From positions 15,043,561 to 15,106,113 of the forward strand of contig NC_057721.1 of NCBI RefSeq assembly GCF_004010195.1: a stretch of 62,553 bases of DNA. Reading direction: 5' to 3'. The DNA comes from Chiloscyllium plagiosum. Lineage: Eukaryota. The position numbers and the translations under genes are program-made. The notes under the pieces were generated by a model. The model did not search any database and was not told where the DNA came from. It saw only the letters and a list, made by a program, of their open reading frames with translations. Positions within the stretch are counted from its first letter, which is position 1. Each line of letters starts with the position of its first letter. Below, piece after piece: positions 51,571 to 62,553 of this stretch.

Positions 51571-52648
51571 CAAATGTTGTGGTTGTTAACTTTACATTAT
51601 TAACGGTGGTTTTCTAAGTATAGTGGAAATTTGAATCCACATTTTAAAACAATTGTTACACTATAAAAGTATTCCAAACCTTATCCTTTCTTGCAAATAT
51701 TTTCCAAAACAGTACATTCCAATAGATTAATGAGTGATGGTTGCTAAACATTATAATAGATTTTTAATAAATAAACTTAGCTTTTTTAAAGATTGCTTTG
51801 TGAAAGTTAAGCTCAGCAGGTCACCATAAGCTGAATTTCCAAAATCAAAACAGAAGCTTGACTAGGAACTAGCAAATTCATCATAGACTTTTGGAATAAA
51901 ATCTGTTAGAGTTTTAAAATTTATAGTACTCTTGATCAGATGATTTTGGACATGAATAGGATCATTGACCAATTGCTTGGAACTTGCGGTTGAGCAGGAT
52001 CTTGAGTTCCCATTTTAAATTGATTTTACCATGTTAAAACAAATCTGTAAAAGCAGAACAGACAGAAGAGTTACAGTGCAACAAGGTTTTGAATGTGGCC
52101 TGTGCTCAGTCCAGCTTGTGCAGGTGATGCACACATATACTGACACTTTATGTCACCACTTCTTACTTTCACTTCAAGCCAGCCTTCAGTCCCATCAACA
52201 ACATGACAGATGATTTGCGAAGCTCTGACTGTCATCTTTGGAATAATGCCTTGTGCCATACACCGTGTGACAGCATGAAGGCTATTTTATACAAGCCAGA
52301 TATTTTTAAATCCCTCAAACAGAATACAAAAAGGCTACTGCATGTGATCCCTGATCATTTTGATCGCAACTGGCAGATGTCTCATGCTTCTGTTCATACT
52401 AAGTCAAAGATGATGGTATTTTGCAAAAGATGGAATCAATACATCATACAATACACAATATATGAATGAGCTGTGGATGTGATTCATCACACAGTAAGTA
52501 TCATCGCTGCAAGTAGTTCCATGCTGAAATCAATTAGAATTTGTTGATTTTTAAATAGATCATCAGGTCAATTACAAGATTTTTCTAATGCTAAGATATA
52601 TTCTCTATTGATTACCAGTTACTTGTAAATTCCTAGCTCCTTCTCAAA

Positions 52649-53260
52649 ATCATAGACTCAGATATACAGCACGGAAACAGACCTATTGGTCCAATTCGTC
52701 CATGCCTACTAGATATACTATATAAATCTAGTCCCATTTGCCAGCACTTCGCCCATATTCCTCCAAACCCTTCCTATTCATATACCCATCCAGATGCCTT
52801 TTAAATGTTGTAATTGTACCAGCCTCCACCACTTCCTCTGGCAGCTCATTCCATACATGTACCACCTTCTGCATGAAAAAGTTGCCCCTTAGGTCTCTTT
52901 TATATCTTTCCCCTCTCACCCTAAACCTATGCCCTCTAGTTCTGGACTCCCCCAACCCAGGGAAAAGATCTTGTCTATTTACCCAATCCATGCTCCTCAT
53001 GATTTTATCAACCTCTATAAGGTCACCTCTCAGCCTCCAAAGCCCTAAGGAAAGTAGCCCCAGCCTACTCAGCCTCTGCCTTTAGCTCAAATCTCCAACC
53101 CTGAATCTTTTCTGAACATTTTCAAATTTCACAACATCCTTTCTATTGGAGGGAGACCAGAATTGCACACGGTACTCCAAAAGTGGCCAAACCAATGTCC
53201 TGTATAGCTGCAACTTGACCTTCCCACTCCGCAATTCAATGCACTGACCAATAAAGGCAA
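52649..53260 (-). mobile_element. HER1/CR1 3' fragment
   Basis: TRGHRFRVRGERYKRDLRGNFF...WNELPEEVVEA. Confidence 0.95.
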
Positions 53261-53837
53261 CAGATGAATCAAATTGCAAACTATTGCATTTCTTTAAGCC
53301 TTCTTTTTGCGAAGTGCAACATGTTGGTTTGCATACCTGACAGTGTGAGGATTCATCTATCGCAGACATTTCTCAAAACTTTCTTAGAGATAAGGGGTAA
53401 AATCTGGATGTTTGATCATTTTCAATGTAGGAAATTTTACACGTTCCAAAGATTCAATGGAACACCCCATGACTTAATTTTCAGTGCACAAATGTGTGCA
53501 CTCTCTCAACAATGTATTAACCAGACACATGGGCAGAAGCTTCCTAGACCCTGAATGTTGTGGGCACAGTGAGAAAATAGTGAACATTAAATGAGATCAG
53601 CAGTAAGAAGCCTTTCGATATTGAGCAAAATGTCCTACGTTGCAGGCCAGTATTGAAGGGCGAGACAAGTTTCTCATGAGTGAGTAGAGATCCATTTGCA
53701 TGTATCAACATCTCACAATTAATGTCACCTCATTGCTTTGTAGTTTCCCATTCTCGACAATAGCCATCCTCAAAGTCAGAGCAGGTCCTCAGCAACTCCA
53801 GCTTACTCCTTGCTCCTGTGGACCTCCATGTAGGACA

Positions 53838-54625
53838 GCAGTCTGAGGCCTGTGACCAGTGGAGTGCCACAAGGATTGGTTTTGGGTCCTCTACTTTTTG
53901 TCATTTATATAAATGATTTGGATGTGAGCTTAAGAGGTTTAGTTAGTAAGTTTGCAGATGACACCAAAATTGGAGGTGTAGTGGACAGCGAAGAAGGGTA
54001 CCTCAGATTACAACAGGATCTTGAACAGATTGGCCAATGGGCTGAGATGTGGCAGATGGAGTTTAATTTCGATAAATGCGAGATGCTGCATTTTGGGAAA
54101 ACAAATCTTAGCAGGACTTATACACTTAATGGTAAGAACTTGAAAGGGTTCAGAAAAGATTTACAAGGATGTTGCCAGGGTTGGAGAATTTGAGCTTTAG
54201 GAGAAGGTTGAACAAGCTAGGGCTGTTTTCCCTGGAGTGTCGTAGGCTGAGGGGTGACCTTATAGAGGTTTACAAAATTATGGATAGGATAAACAGACAA
54301 AGTCTTTTCCCTGGGATGAGGGAGACTAGAACTAGAGGGCATAGGTTTAGGGTAAGAGGGAAAAGATATAAAAGAGACCTATGGTGCAACGTTTTCACAC
54401 AGAGGGTGGTACGTGTATGGAATGAGCTGCCAGAGGAAGTAGTGGAGGCTGGTACAATTGCAACATTTAAAAGGCATTTGGATGGGTATATGAATAGGAA
54501 GGGTTTGGAGGGATATGGGCCGGGTGCTGGCAGGTGGGACTAGATTGGGTTGGGATATCTGATCAGCATGGACAGGTTGGACCAAAGGGTCTGTTTCCGT
54601 GTAAACATCCCTATGATTCTATGAC
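53838..54625 (+). mobile_element. HER1/CR1 3' fragment with internal deletion
   Basis: SGVPQGLVLGPLLFVIYINDL...KFADDTKI. Confidence 0.95.
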
Positions 54626-55046
54626 CTCAGGGCATACTTCATGGGCAATGACTGCACATACACCCCATTCACACATGGCATTGGACACATATCAGCATTA
54701 TCGAATCATCATCATTGGCACAATTCCCATTCATCTGCCATTCTGATTGACCTTCCAATGCTGAAGTTTGGAGTGCACTGGCACCTTTCATTAGTGTTCC
54801 AATGTCAGAATACTTTACACATGGTGACAGGCATCCATTACATGAGTGATGGATCTTGATCAACTAGAGTGTATCATTGCTCGCCATTAAAGCTGTCACT
54901 CACTTTTCATCTATATTAACACTCAGTATTTCTGCTTTGCCTTGCTGAGCCTTGGTTTTGGTGGATTGCACCCTCAGCCAGAGCTGTTTCGAACAGACAA
55001 AAAGCCAGGCAGCTTGTCATAGTTGTCAGCTGTGAAGGGGCTAATT

Positions 55047-55337
55047 TTGGAGATAGCGAGGACTGCAGAGGCCAGCAAGTAAGAGTTGATAAAGAGTGGA
55101 GCTGGGAAAGGCACAGCAGGTCAAGCAGCATCAGAGGAGCAGGAGAATCGATGTTTCAGGCAGGACTCTTCATCAGGAGAGGGGAGGGGGGAGGAGGCTG
55201 AGAAATAAATCAGAGGAAGGGGATGGGGCTGGAGGAGGTGGAGAAGGTAGTTGGAATGATGATAAGTGGTTGTGATTGGTCAGTGGGAAGTGTGGAGCAG
55301 ATAGATGGGAAGGAAGATGGACAGGTTGGATCAAGTT
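55047..55337 (-). mobile_element. PLE pLTR
   Basis: Homologous to 26660-26960. Degenerate hammerhead at 55146-55180. Confidence 0.85.
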
Positions 55338-56147
55338 ATCGATTGGGGCAAAGAGCCTAATGTTGATTTAGGTAGCTGCCTCAATCTCACGTATCGTGGT
55401 GTACACAGCAAGCACACTGCGTGTGCTTCACCCAGGTAGATGGAGTAATCCTCAGTCAAAACAAGCTGGACATCCATCAGTCAGAGGTTGCAGGCACAAT
55501 AAGCACAGGAATAGACAATTCAGCTCCTTAAAGTCTGCTCTACCATTCTACACAATCATAACTGATCTTACGTTGGCCTCAACACCACTTTCCTGCCTGC
55601 TCTCCATTACCTTTAACCAGTTACTAATTAAATTTCTCTCCCCCCACCCCCCACCCACAAATTTATTCAGTATCTCAGACTCAGAAGCTGTCACTCATTG
55701 CATGGAGAGTGACCGCTGTTCCCTTCCATCGTGATGCAGATTCCAAGTGTGCAATGGGCTTGCAAATGGAGGCCATAACACCATGAGAGGAGGGTAAGAG
55801 TTTCTTTCTGCGAGGGGAAGCACTCCAGCCAAGGTTATTAAAGTTTCCAGAAGAAGTAATAGTACAGAAGGTTCATGGATCTTACTTCAAGCACAGCAGA
55901 TAAGGGGACAGTCAACCCAGGAGTGAGGCTGTTGTACTTAAATTCGCACCGTAAACATAGTGGGGAGGTTTGCTAGTGTGACTTGAGAAAGTTTAGAGGA
56001 GTTTCAGAGGGGGGGGGAGGTAATCAGAACATGTGGGAGCAGAGTAGGTCAGTCTGTGAGTGAATGAGGAGAAGGTAGAGTTGGCAAGTTGGATACAAAC
56101 TTGTCTTGGCCAAAGAAGGCAGAGGGGTAGTGGTGGAGGGGTGTTTT

Positions 56148-56435
56148 TGATTTGAGTTATTACTGTCGAGTGTACAGACATAGTGAAAAGCATTGTTTTG
56201 CGTGCTAACCAGAAAACTCATACCTTACGTAAGCACTGCAGGGTACCAGAACAAAATGCAGAATGTAGTCTTACGCTACAGAGAAGGATCAACTTTCATT
56301 TATGAGAGGTTCATCATAAGTCTGATAACAGCTGGGAAGAAGCTGTTCTTATCTGTTGGCATATGCTTTCAAACTCATCTAATAGAGGAGAGTGGAAAAG
56401 AGTATAAGCAGAGTGGGAGGGGCCTTTGATTATGT
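56148..56435 (-). mobile_element. Rex1-like LINE 3' tail fragment
   Basis: Similar to 11265-11330 (gtgtacagacatagtgaaaagcattgttttgcg). Confidence 0.55.
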
Positions 56436-56489
56436 TTTTTATCATTGAGTATTTTATTTACATTTATATTAAATTTGACCGGACATTTA

Positions 56490-57725
56490 TGACCAGTGCT
56501 GTTCTGCAGGGATCAGCGCTGGGACCTCTGACTTGAAAGAAAAATGTCAGTGGTCTGATTAGAAAGTTTGCAGATGACATAAAAATTGGTGGAGTCATGA
56601 GGAAGGTTATCAAAGAATCCAAGCGGGATATAAATCATCTGGAAAGTTGGACAGAGAAATGACAGATTGAGGTGGACAAAAATCAGAAAATTGCTGCAAA
56701 AATTCAGCAGGGCTGGCAGCATCTGTGGAAAGAAAGCAGAGATAATGTTTCAGATCCAGTGAGGTGTGAGGTGACGCATTTTGGGAGGTCAAATGCGAGA
56801 GGGAAAGTATACAGTATATGTCTGGATTCTGAGGAGCATTGATATACAGAGTCCAAGTCCATAGATCCCTGAAACTGTCAACACCTGTGGATAAGGTGGT
56901 TAAGAATACATGCATCATGCTTGTCTTCATTGGTCAGAGCACGGAGTATAAAAATTGGCAAGTCATGCTGCAGATGTATGTGACTTTGGTCAGGCCACAT
57001 TTGGAGTCCTTTACACAGGCAGCTCTGCAAAGGGTGCAGAAGAGATTTATCAGGATGGTGCATGGATTGGAGTGTTTGATAAAAGAGAGGTTGGACAAAC
57101 TTGAATTGTTTGCACTAGAGTGACAGATGCTGAGGGGTGACCTGATAGGAGTATTTAAAAAAATGATGAGAGGCATGGACAGGGTGGATTTGTTGGAGTC
57201 TCCTTCCAATGGTAAAAATGTTAAGTAATAGGGGGCATAGGTTTAAAATGAAAGGGGGAAGGTTGAAAGGAGATGTGCGAGGAAAATGTTTTACAGAGTG
57301 CAGTAGGTTGAAAAAATGTGGTGCTGGAAAAACACAGCAGGCCAGGGAGCATCCGAGGAGCAGGAGAATCGACATTTCGGGCTTAAGCCCTTCTTCAGGG
57401 GGCTTATGCCCGAAATGTCGATTCTCCTGCTCCTCAGATGCTGCCTGGCCTGCTGTGTTTTTCCAGCACCACATTTTTCAACTCTGGTACTCCAGCATCT
57501 GCAGTCCTCACTTTCTCCTAGAGTGTAGTCGGTGCCTGGAATGCACTCCCAAGGGGAGGTGATAGAAGCAGATATGATAGCAATGTTTAAGAGGCATTTA
57601 GAAAGACATGAGCAGGAAGAGAAGCAAACCATATGCAGGCTGATGGGGTTAGTTTAGAATAGCATGTCAGCACAGACATGTTGAGTCAAAGGACCTGTTC
57701 CTGTGCTGTATTGTTCTATGTTCTT
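56490..57725 (+). mobile_element. CR1 LINE 3' fragment with two PLE inserts (~56675-56760 and 57305-57518)
   Basis: KFADDIKIGG, MYVTLVRPHLE, LQRVQKRFIRM. Confidence 0.85.
57305..57518. mobile_element. Palindromic PLE mini-element
   Basis: Inverted arms. TSD agagtg(c/t)agt. Hammerhead at 57367-57402 (-); the partner core is deleted. Confidence 0.92.
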
Positions 57726-57734
57726 GTTCAATGG

Positions 57735-60145
57735 TTCTAAGATGTCCCACAAGAGGAAACAATTTCTCAGCATCTACCCTGTCAAGTCCCCTAAGAACCT
57801 TACATGTTTCAAGATCACCCCTTACTGTAGTATGAACACAGACTAGAAAAACGATGATAGTTTTAAAACAAGTCACTAACAGGTAGGAGGGCTTTGTTGT
57901 TCCTCTCAGAGGGTTAAGAGTCAGAGTTCCTTTCCTCAAAAGGCAGTGGGTGCAGAATTTTTAAAGCAGAATCCATCTACATCTGCCTTAGGTTGTAAGA
58001 TCATTGGAATACAGAGGAATGTGTGGTTTAGATTAAAAATCAGATCAACTATAAATTTTGTTGAATGTTGGAGCAGGTTCAAAGGGCTAATTAGCCAACC
58101 CACTCCACCTCATCTTAAAATTCCCTCTAAATCCTGGACCAATACAGTAAGCCTTCTCATACAGTCTACAGTGACAGTGCCTTGGATAATATGATGAAAA
58201 CTCTTCACAATATGTCAGGTGTGGGCTACTTAGTTTCTTGTATAGTTTGAGCAAGACTTTATTTTTATATTCCATTTGCATGGAAATAAGAAACATTCCA
58301 ACTGCCTTTCCGATTACCTGCTGAATTTGCATGCTAACTTTTGTTTTTGGAGAGATTCATGCATGAGAATGCCCAAATCCCTCTATGCTGCAGCTTCCTG
58401 CAGAACATAAATAATATCCATCTCCTCTATTCTTCTTGCCAAATGGAATCACCTCACATTTTCCCATCTTCTATGTATTTTAAATCCCGACTCACTTCAT
58501 CTGTCCCTCTGCAGACTCTTACCAAATGCCTTCCCAATTACTTTGGTGTCATGTGCAAACTTGAGTAAATTCACTTCTCACTCAAGTCACAAATATATTG
58601 TGAATAATGAAGGCCTTAAGCATTAATTTCAATGGCACAAAACTCCACTAGTTACAAGTTGCTATCTTGAAAATGTCTGCTAATCCCAATTCTGCCTTCT
58701 ACGAGTTAGTATATTAGCAAGTACAGAGGATTTACTATCTCAACACCCTGGACTCTTATTAAGCAGCCTTGTGTGGTACCGGCATCATAACCATGTGGAG
58801 ATCCAAATATTTTACACCTCCTGGCTCCATGTATCCATCCTGTTTGTTACTTTCTCAAAAAATTGATTAAAATGATTTTGATTACATGAAGGCATGCTGA
58901 CTCCAATTCTGTATTTCTAAGTGTACCACTATTACATCCCTCATAACTAACACTGTCATTTTCCCAATGACAGATGGTATGCTAAGTGGCCTATAGTTAA
59001 GTTATTGGTCTCTTTTCCTGTTTGAAGAAGTGTCACATTGGCAAATTTTCAATCCTTGGGGACTTTCCCACAACCTAAGATCCTTGTAAGATTGCTACCA
59101 GTGCTTCACTAATTCCAACTACCCCAATTAAAATCCTCAGATACAAACTATCAGGTCCAGAGGACATTTTGATCATTTGTTCAATTACTTTCCTATTAAT
59201 TTTCCCTAGTGCTGGTGAGTGTGTTTGTTTCTTTGCTCCATTTTGCCTCTGGATTATTTAGTATTTTTGAAATATAGTGTGTCTTCAAACTGTGAAGAGT
59301 GATGCAAAGTATTTATTCAACTCCTCTGACATTTCCAACTTCCTTAATATTATTTCTCCAGCCTCATTCTCTAAAAGATCTATGTTTACTTTGGTCTCTG
59401 ACCTTTTTATATTAAAAAAAGTGAACTCTATTGGTCTGATTTGACATTAAACTTTGAAAGTAAACTTGCAAGGTAATTTCTCCTTTTTTGGGTTATCTTT
59501 TGTTGATGCTTAAATACTTTGCAAACTTCGGGCTTACCACTGATCTTTGCGACTTTAACATGATTGGTTAACCAGGGAAGTTAACAATGTTGGTTCACCT
59601 CCTCCCTAAGAATCCTTTTTCCTCACTGAAGTATCTTTGCTGGGAATCATGATCGATTTTCTGAAACATCTGCCATTGTTCAATCATCTTTTTTACGAGC
59701 TACCTTTTTCTACTAGTTATCTGTCTACTACAGCCAACTCTGCCCTCATTCCTTCCTATTTACCCTTAAGGTTGACCCAAGTTTAAGCCAAGTTTCACTC
59801 AGACTGAATGCTACATGTTGTGGTCACATTTTCCTTGGGAATTTCCTATTCTGAGACCCTTTAATAAAACTGCCTCACCACATGTTACTAAATCCAAAAA
59901 TAGCTTGATCCCTGGTTAGATCTACAACATGTTGCACTCAGAAACTATCCTGAATACACTATGAATTCTTGCTCATGTCTACCTCTACCAATTTTAATTT
60001 TCCTGATCCACATGAAAACTAAAGGCATCCAAGATTAATGTAGTGCTTTTTGCTTGCTCCAAATCCTGATTTGTTCTCTATCCGATGTATAGATAATCTT
60101 AAGGGTTTTATAAATTACTCCCACCAATGACTCTTCCTCTTATTC
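57735..60145 (-). mobile_element. Long, old CR1 ORF2 relic (with an opposite-strand CR1 tail at ~57850-58100)
   Basis: LLKLYKKLSSPHLTYC, plus degenerate RT/APE remnants (reverse SPGPD region, atcaggtcc). Confidence 0.6.
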
Positions 60146-61124
60146 GTTAACTCTACTAATATGGAACTTATTGACATCTGGTTCCTTTCAGCTTGATAAG
60201 TGTAACATTTGTAATAATTTCCAGTTTGCTGTTTACTGCTACATGAGGGCGGTCCCAGAGTTCCACTCTTGCAAGCGATCTACCTGCTAGCCTATTCACT
60301 TACCTCACCCAACCTAATGCCCCTTTCATTCAAGCACAGTGACACCAGACATTGAAAATTTGCCATATGCAAACTAGTGCTGCAAAATTCTGTTTCTTTT
60401 TACCTGAAATCGTCTAGCACTGCAATAGAGTTCAGAGGGTCACCACACTCTGCATTTCAAGGGAAGCCGAACTTAAACCAATGGCAAACATGGGACAACG
60501 TCAGCATGTGGGAAAATTCAAGCAAAACTGCAAACCGAATAGGATTGCTGCTGTTTGAAAAATCTAGACTATCATTTACCATGATTAACTATCTTCATGT
60601 AGCAAGCACATTGCTGGAAGAACTGTTTCACAAATCAATTTCTTTATTAGAGTTATGTTAACAAAACCATGATATGAAATACTCTGAAAGGAGGATGAAG
60701 TATTGTGCCATAATGCTACATGACTACAATGTGAAATGATACACATGGTATCAACATTCTTCTGCATAAATGCAAAGGATGGAAAATTCACTTCCATCAT
60801 TTGAGTAATGGACCTGTTACTTGAGAGAATTTTTGAAGTCTAAAGTTAATAATTCAGCCTGATGGCTTTGAAGATGGAATAAATTAGAATAAACTAGTGC
60901 AGGTTGGAAACATGATTTTATGAAGAAATAGGGAGATAAACCAAAATAGGAGTTCCATGTTTTTAATTCCATGTCACTATGCAGCCATTGTAGGAATAAT
61001 CAAATACAATATTATGCAATGTCATCCGTTGATATGTCTGTAGATCTTAAATAACATTGCTGCATTTTATAGTGATCAGGAATAAAGAAAATTTTAAGCT
61101 AGGATTTGGGTTTTGAAACAAGTA

Positions 61125-61326
61125 TAGTCAGATGTACAGCATGAAAACAGATCCTTTGGTCCAACTCGTCCGTGCTGACCAGATATCCTAAGTTAATCTA
61201 GTCCCATTTGCCAGTATTTGGCCTATATTCCTCTAAACCCTTCCTATTCACATACCCATCCAGATGCCTTTTAAATGCTGTAATTGTACTAGCCTCCACC
61301 ATCTCTTCTGGCCGCTCATTCCATAC
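61125..61326 (-). mobile_element. HER1 3' end
   Basis: agatgtacagcatgaaaacagatcctttggtccaac tail. Confidence 0.9.
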
Positions 61327-62461
61327 CCTGCACTTGATATTCTAACAATGTTTGAATCTAGGTAGCCTGCACATACAAGAATATCTCTGCCAAAGGCAAT
61401 TGGATACTTCTTGGCTTGAACTTTCACAGGCAGGCAGAGTGCAGAGCCACTTCTGACGTGTCCTGAGAAGAGATTTCTGGGGGTGGCGTGTGTGGCTGCT
61501 CATCTAGTTGGGTACTTCCTGGTACCACACAGTCTATGAGAGTTAGGGGCACCTGGACTGAGACCTAGGTACGGGTTGCTATGTTTTCATGTCAGAGCTC
61601 TAATGGCTGGGGTGATGGAGTGCAGATATATGCACTTCCCTAGGAAGCCGAGAGACTACAGAAGCTGCAATCTGTCCATTGCAGACAACCAGATTATTCT
61701 CAATACAGCAGATCTGCACTCCTGCAGCCTCTGGGCCACATCTCCCATATTCCTGTCTGGTGCTCTTGTTCCTCCCTGTGCATGTCAGCACAGTCCCCAA
61801 TTGTTAACATGAGGTTTCTCTCCTGTCTGCAGCATTTTCTTCCTGAAGAGGGCTGTTGCAGTGAGGTCCTCACCAGCTTGTGCTCCTAAACATTCCACAC
61901 CTGATCCTCCCACAGAGAAGCAATGAGTTAGCAGGGGGTGTGTAGGAAGCAGACTTGCAATGCTGCCTCTGAGGCCCATGAACTCTCTTCCTGAGGAGTC
62001 AGGAGGCTCCCTTCTGGTGAGCCAGCCTATTTCCCCGCTGGTGTCGTGGACATCCTGCTGGTACCTGAGAGACACAAGAGAATGTGTTAGAAGTGGTATG
62101 CAATGAATGAGACTGATCACAGGGTCACTGTGCGAATGAAGAACAGTACTTACACTGTTGGCAGGACGTGGATGTTTCAGCATTCCTGCAAAGATCAGGA
62201 GTCTCTCCTTATAGGGTGAGCAACTCAACATCAGGCACTCCTCTTCCTGTCCTGGCTGTTATTTTTCCTGCATTGGAAGTGAAAGAGGCTGGCACAGCAT
62301 TTGGTGCTAATGCCGGTGAGTAGGGGTGGATATGTTGAGGTGCACAGAGGGACAGCAAAGACACCAGGGAGGCTAGGGAGGGTTAGCAGGATGGAGAGTT
62401 CGTAGTCCCTGTTACAGAATCACAACACTATTTCTCTTTGCTTGATACCTTCCAAATACCT

Positions 62462-62553
62462 GGCAGCATACAAGGTGCAGCGAAATCGACGTTTCGGGCA
62501 AAAGCCCTTCATCAGGAATAAAGGCAGTGAGCCTGAAGCGTGGAGAGATAAGC
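62462..62553 (-). mobile_element. PLE pLTR, runs off the window end
   Basis: Homologous to 5375-5460. Confidence 0.85.
62484..62519 (-). ncRNA. Minimal hammerhead ribozyme motif, intact core (GUC site)
   Basis: ATTC-CTGATGA-A-GGGC.TTTT.GCCC-GAAA-CG-TC-GATT. Confidence 0.8.

Noticed and set aside
52031-52469. Cluster of overlapping ORFs in unique sequence
   Set aside because: No recognisable protein and no convincing paired splice sites.
61430-62460. GC-richer block with a 148-aa ORF (61785..62231)
   Set aside because: No recognisable domain. Probably a decayed DNA-transposon (Harbinger-like) remnant, as may be ~20800-21790 and ~54640-54850, but I cannot show TIRs.
1-62553. CRISPR arrays, prokaryotic operons, rRNA, NUMT, endogenous virus
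   Set aside because: No regularly spaced repeat-spacer array or matching sequence seen; the content is vertebrate retroelement DNA.

Overview
Eukaryotic, repeat-dense, gene-poor DNA from a cartilaginous fish. It is a shark, and the HE1 SINE and HER1 LINE tails suggest an orectolobiform such as a bamboo shark (inference). No intact host protein-coding gene is recognisable; the ORFs I can assign are decayed retroelement pieces. The window holds many CR1/HER1 LINE fragments, including one full-length TSD-flanked copy at 44499-49183. It also holds HE1 (V-SINE) and Deu-domain SINEs, Rex1/Babar and Gypsy relics, and at least 15 Penelope-like element (PLE) insertions of Neptune and Poseidon type. 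The main signals are: (1) the PLE terminal repeats carry minimal hammerhead ribozyme motifs (CTGANGA-stemII-GAAA-palindrome-NUH), several with intact cores; (2) TSD-flanked, mostly ORF-less, head-to-head hammerhead palindromes with twin-priming-like geometry, one of which captured neighbouring DNA; (3) a CR1-like LINE that appears to lack ORF1 and starts with a tRNA-like Pol III head, together with a short SINE built from its 5' and 3' ends; (4) several local duplications or template switches and a few unassigned candidate exons. Boundaries of old repeats are approximate, and family names come from motif recognition, not database searches.
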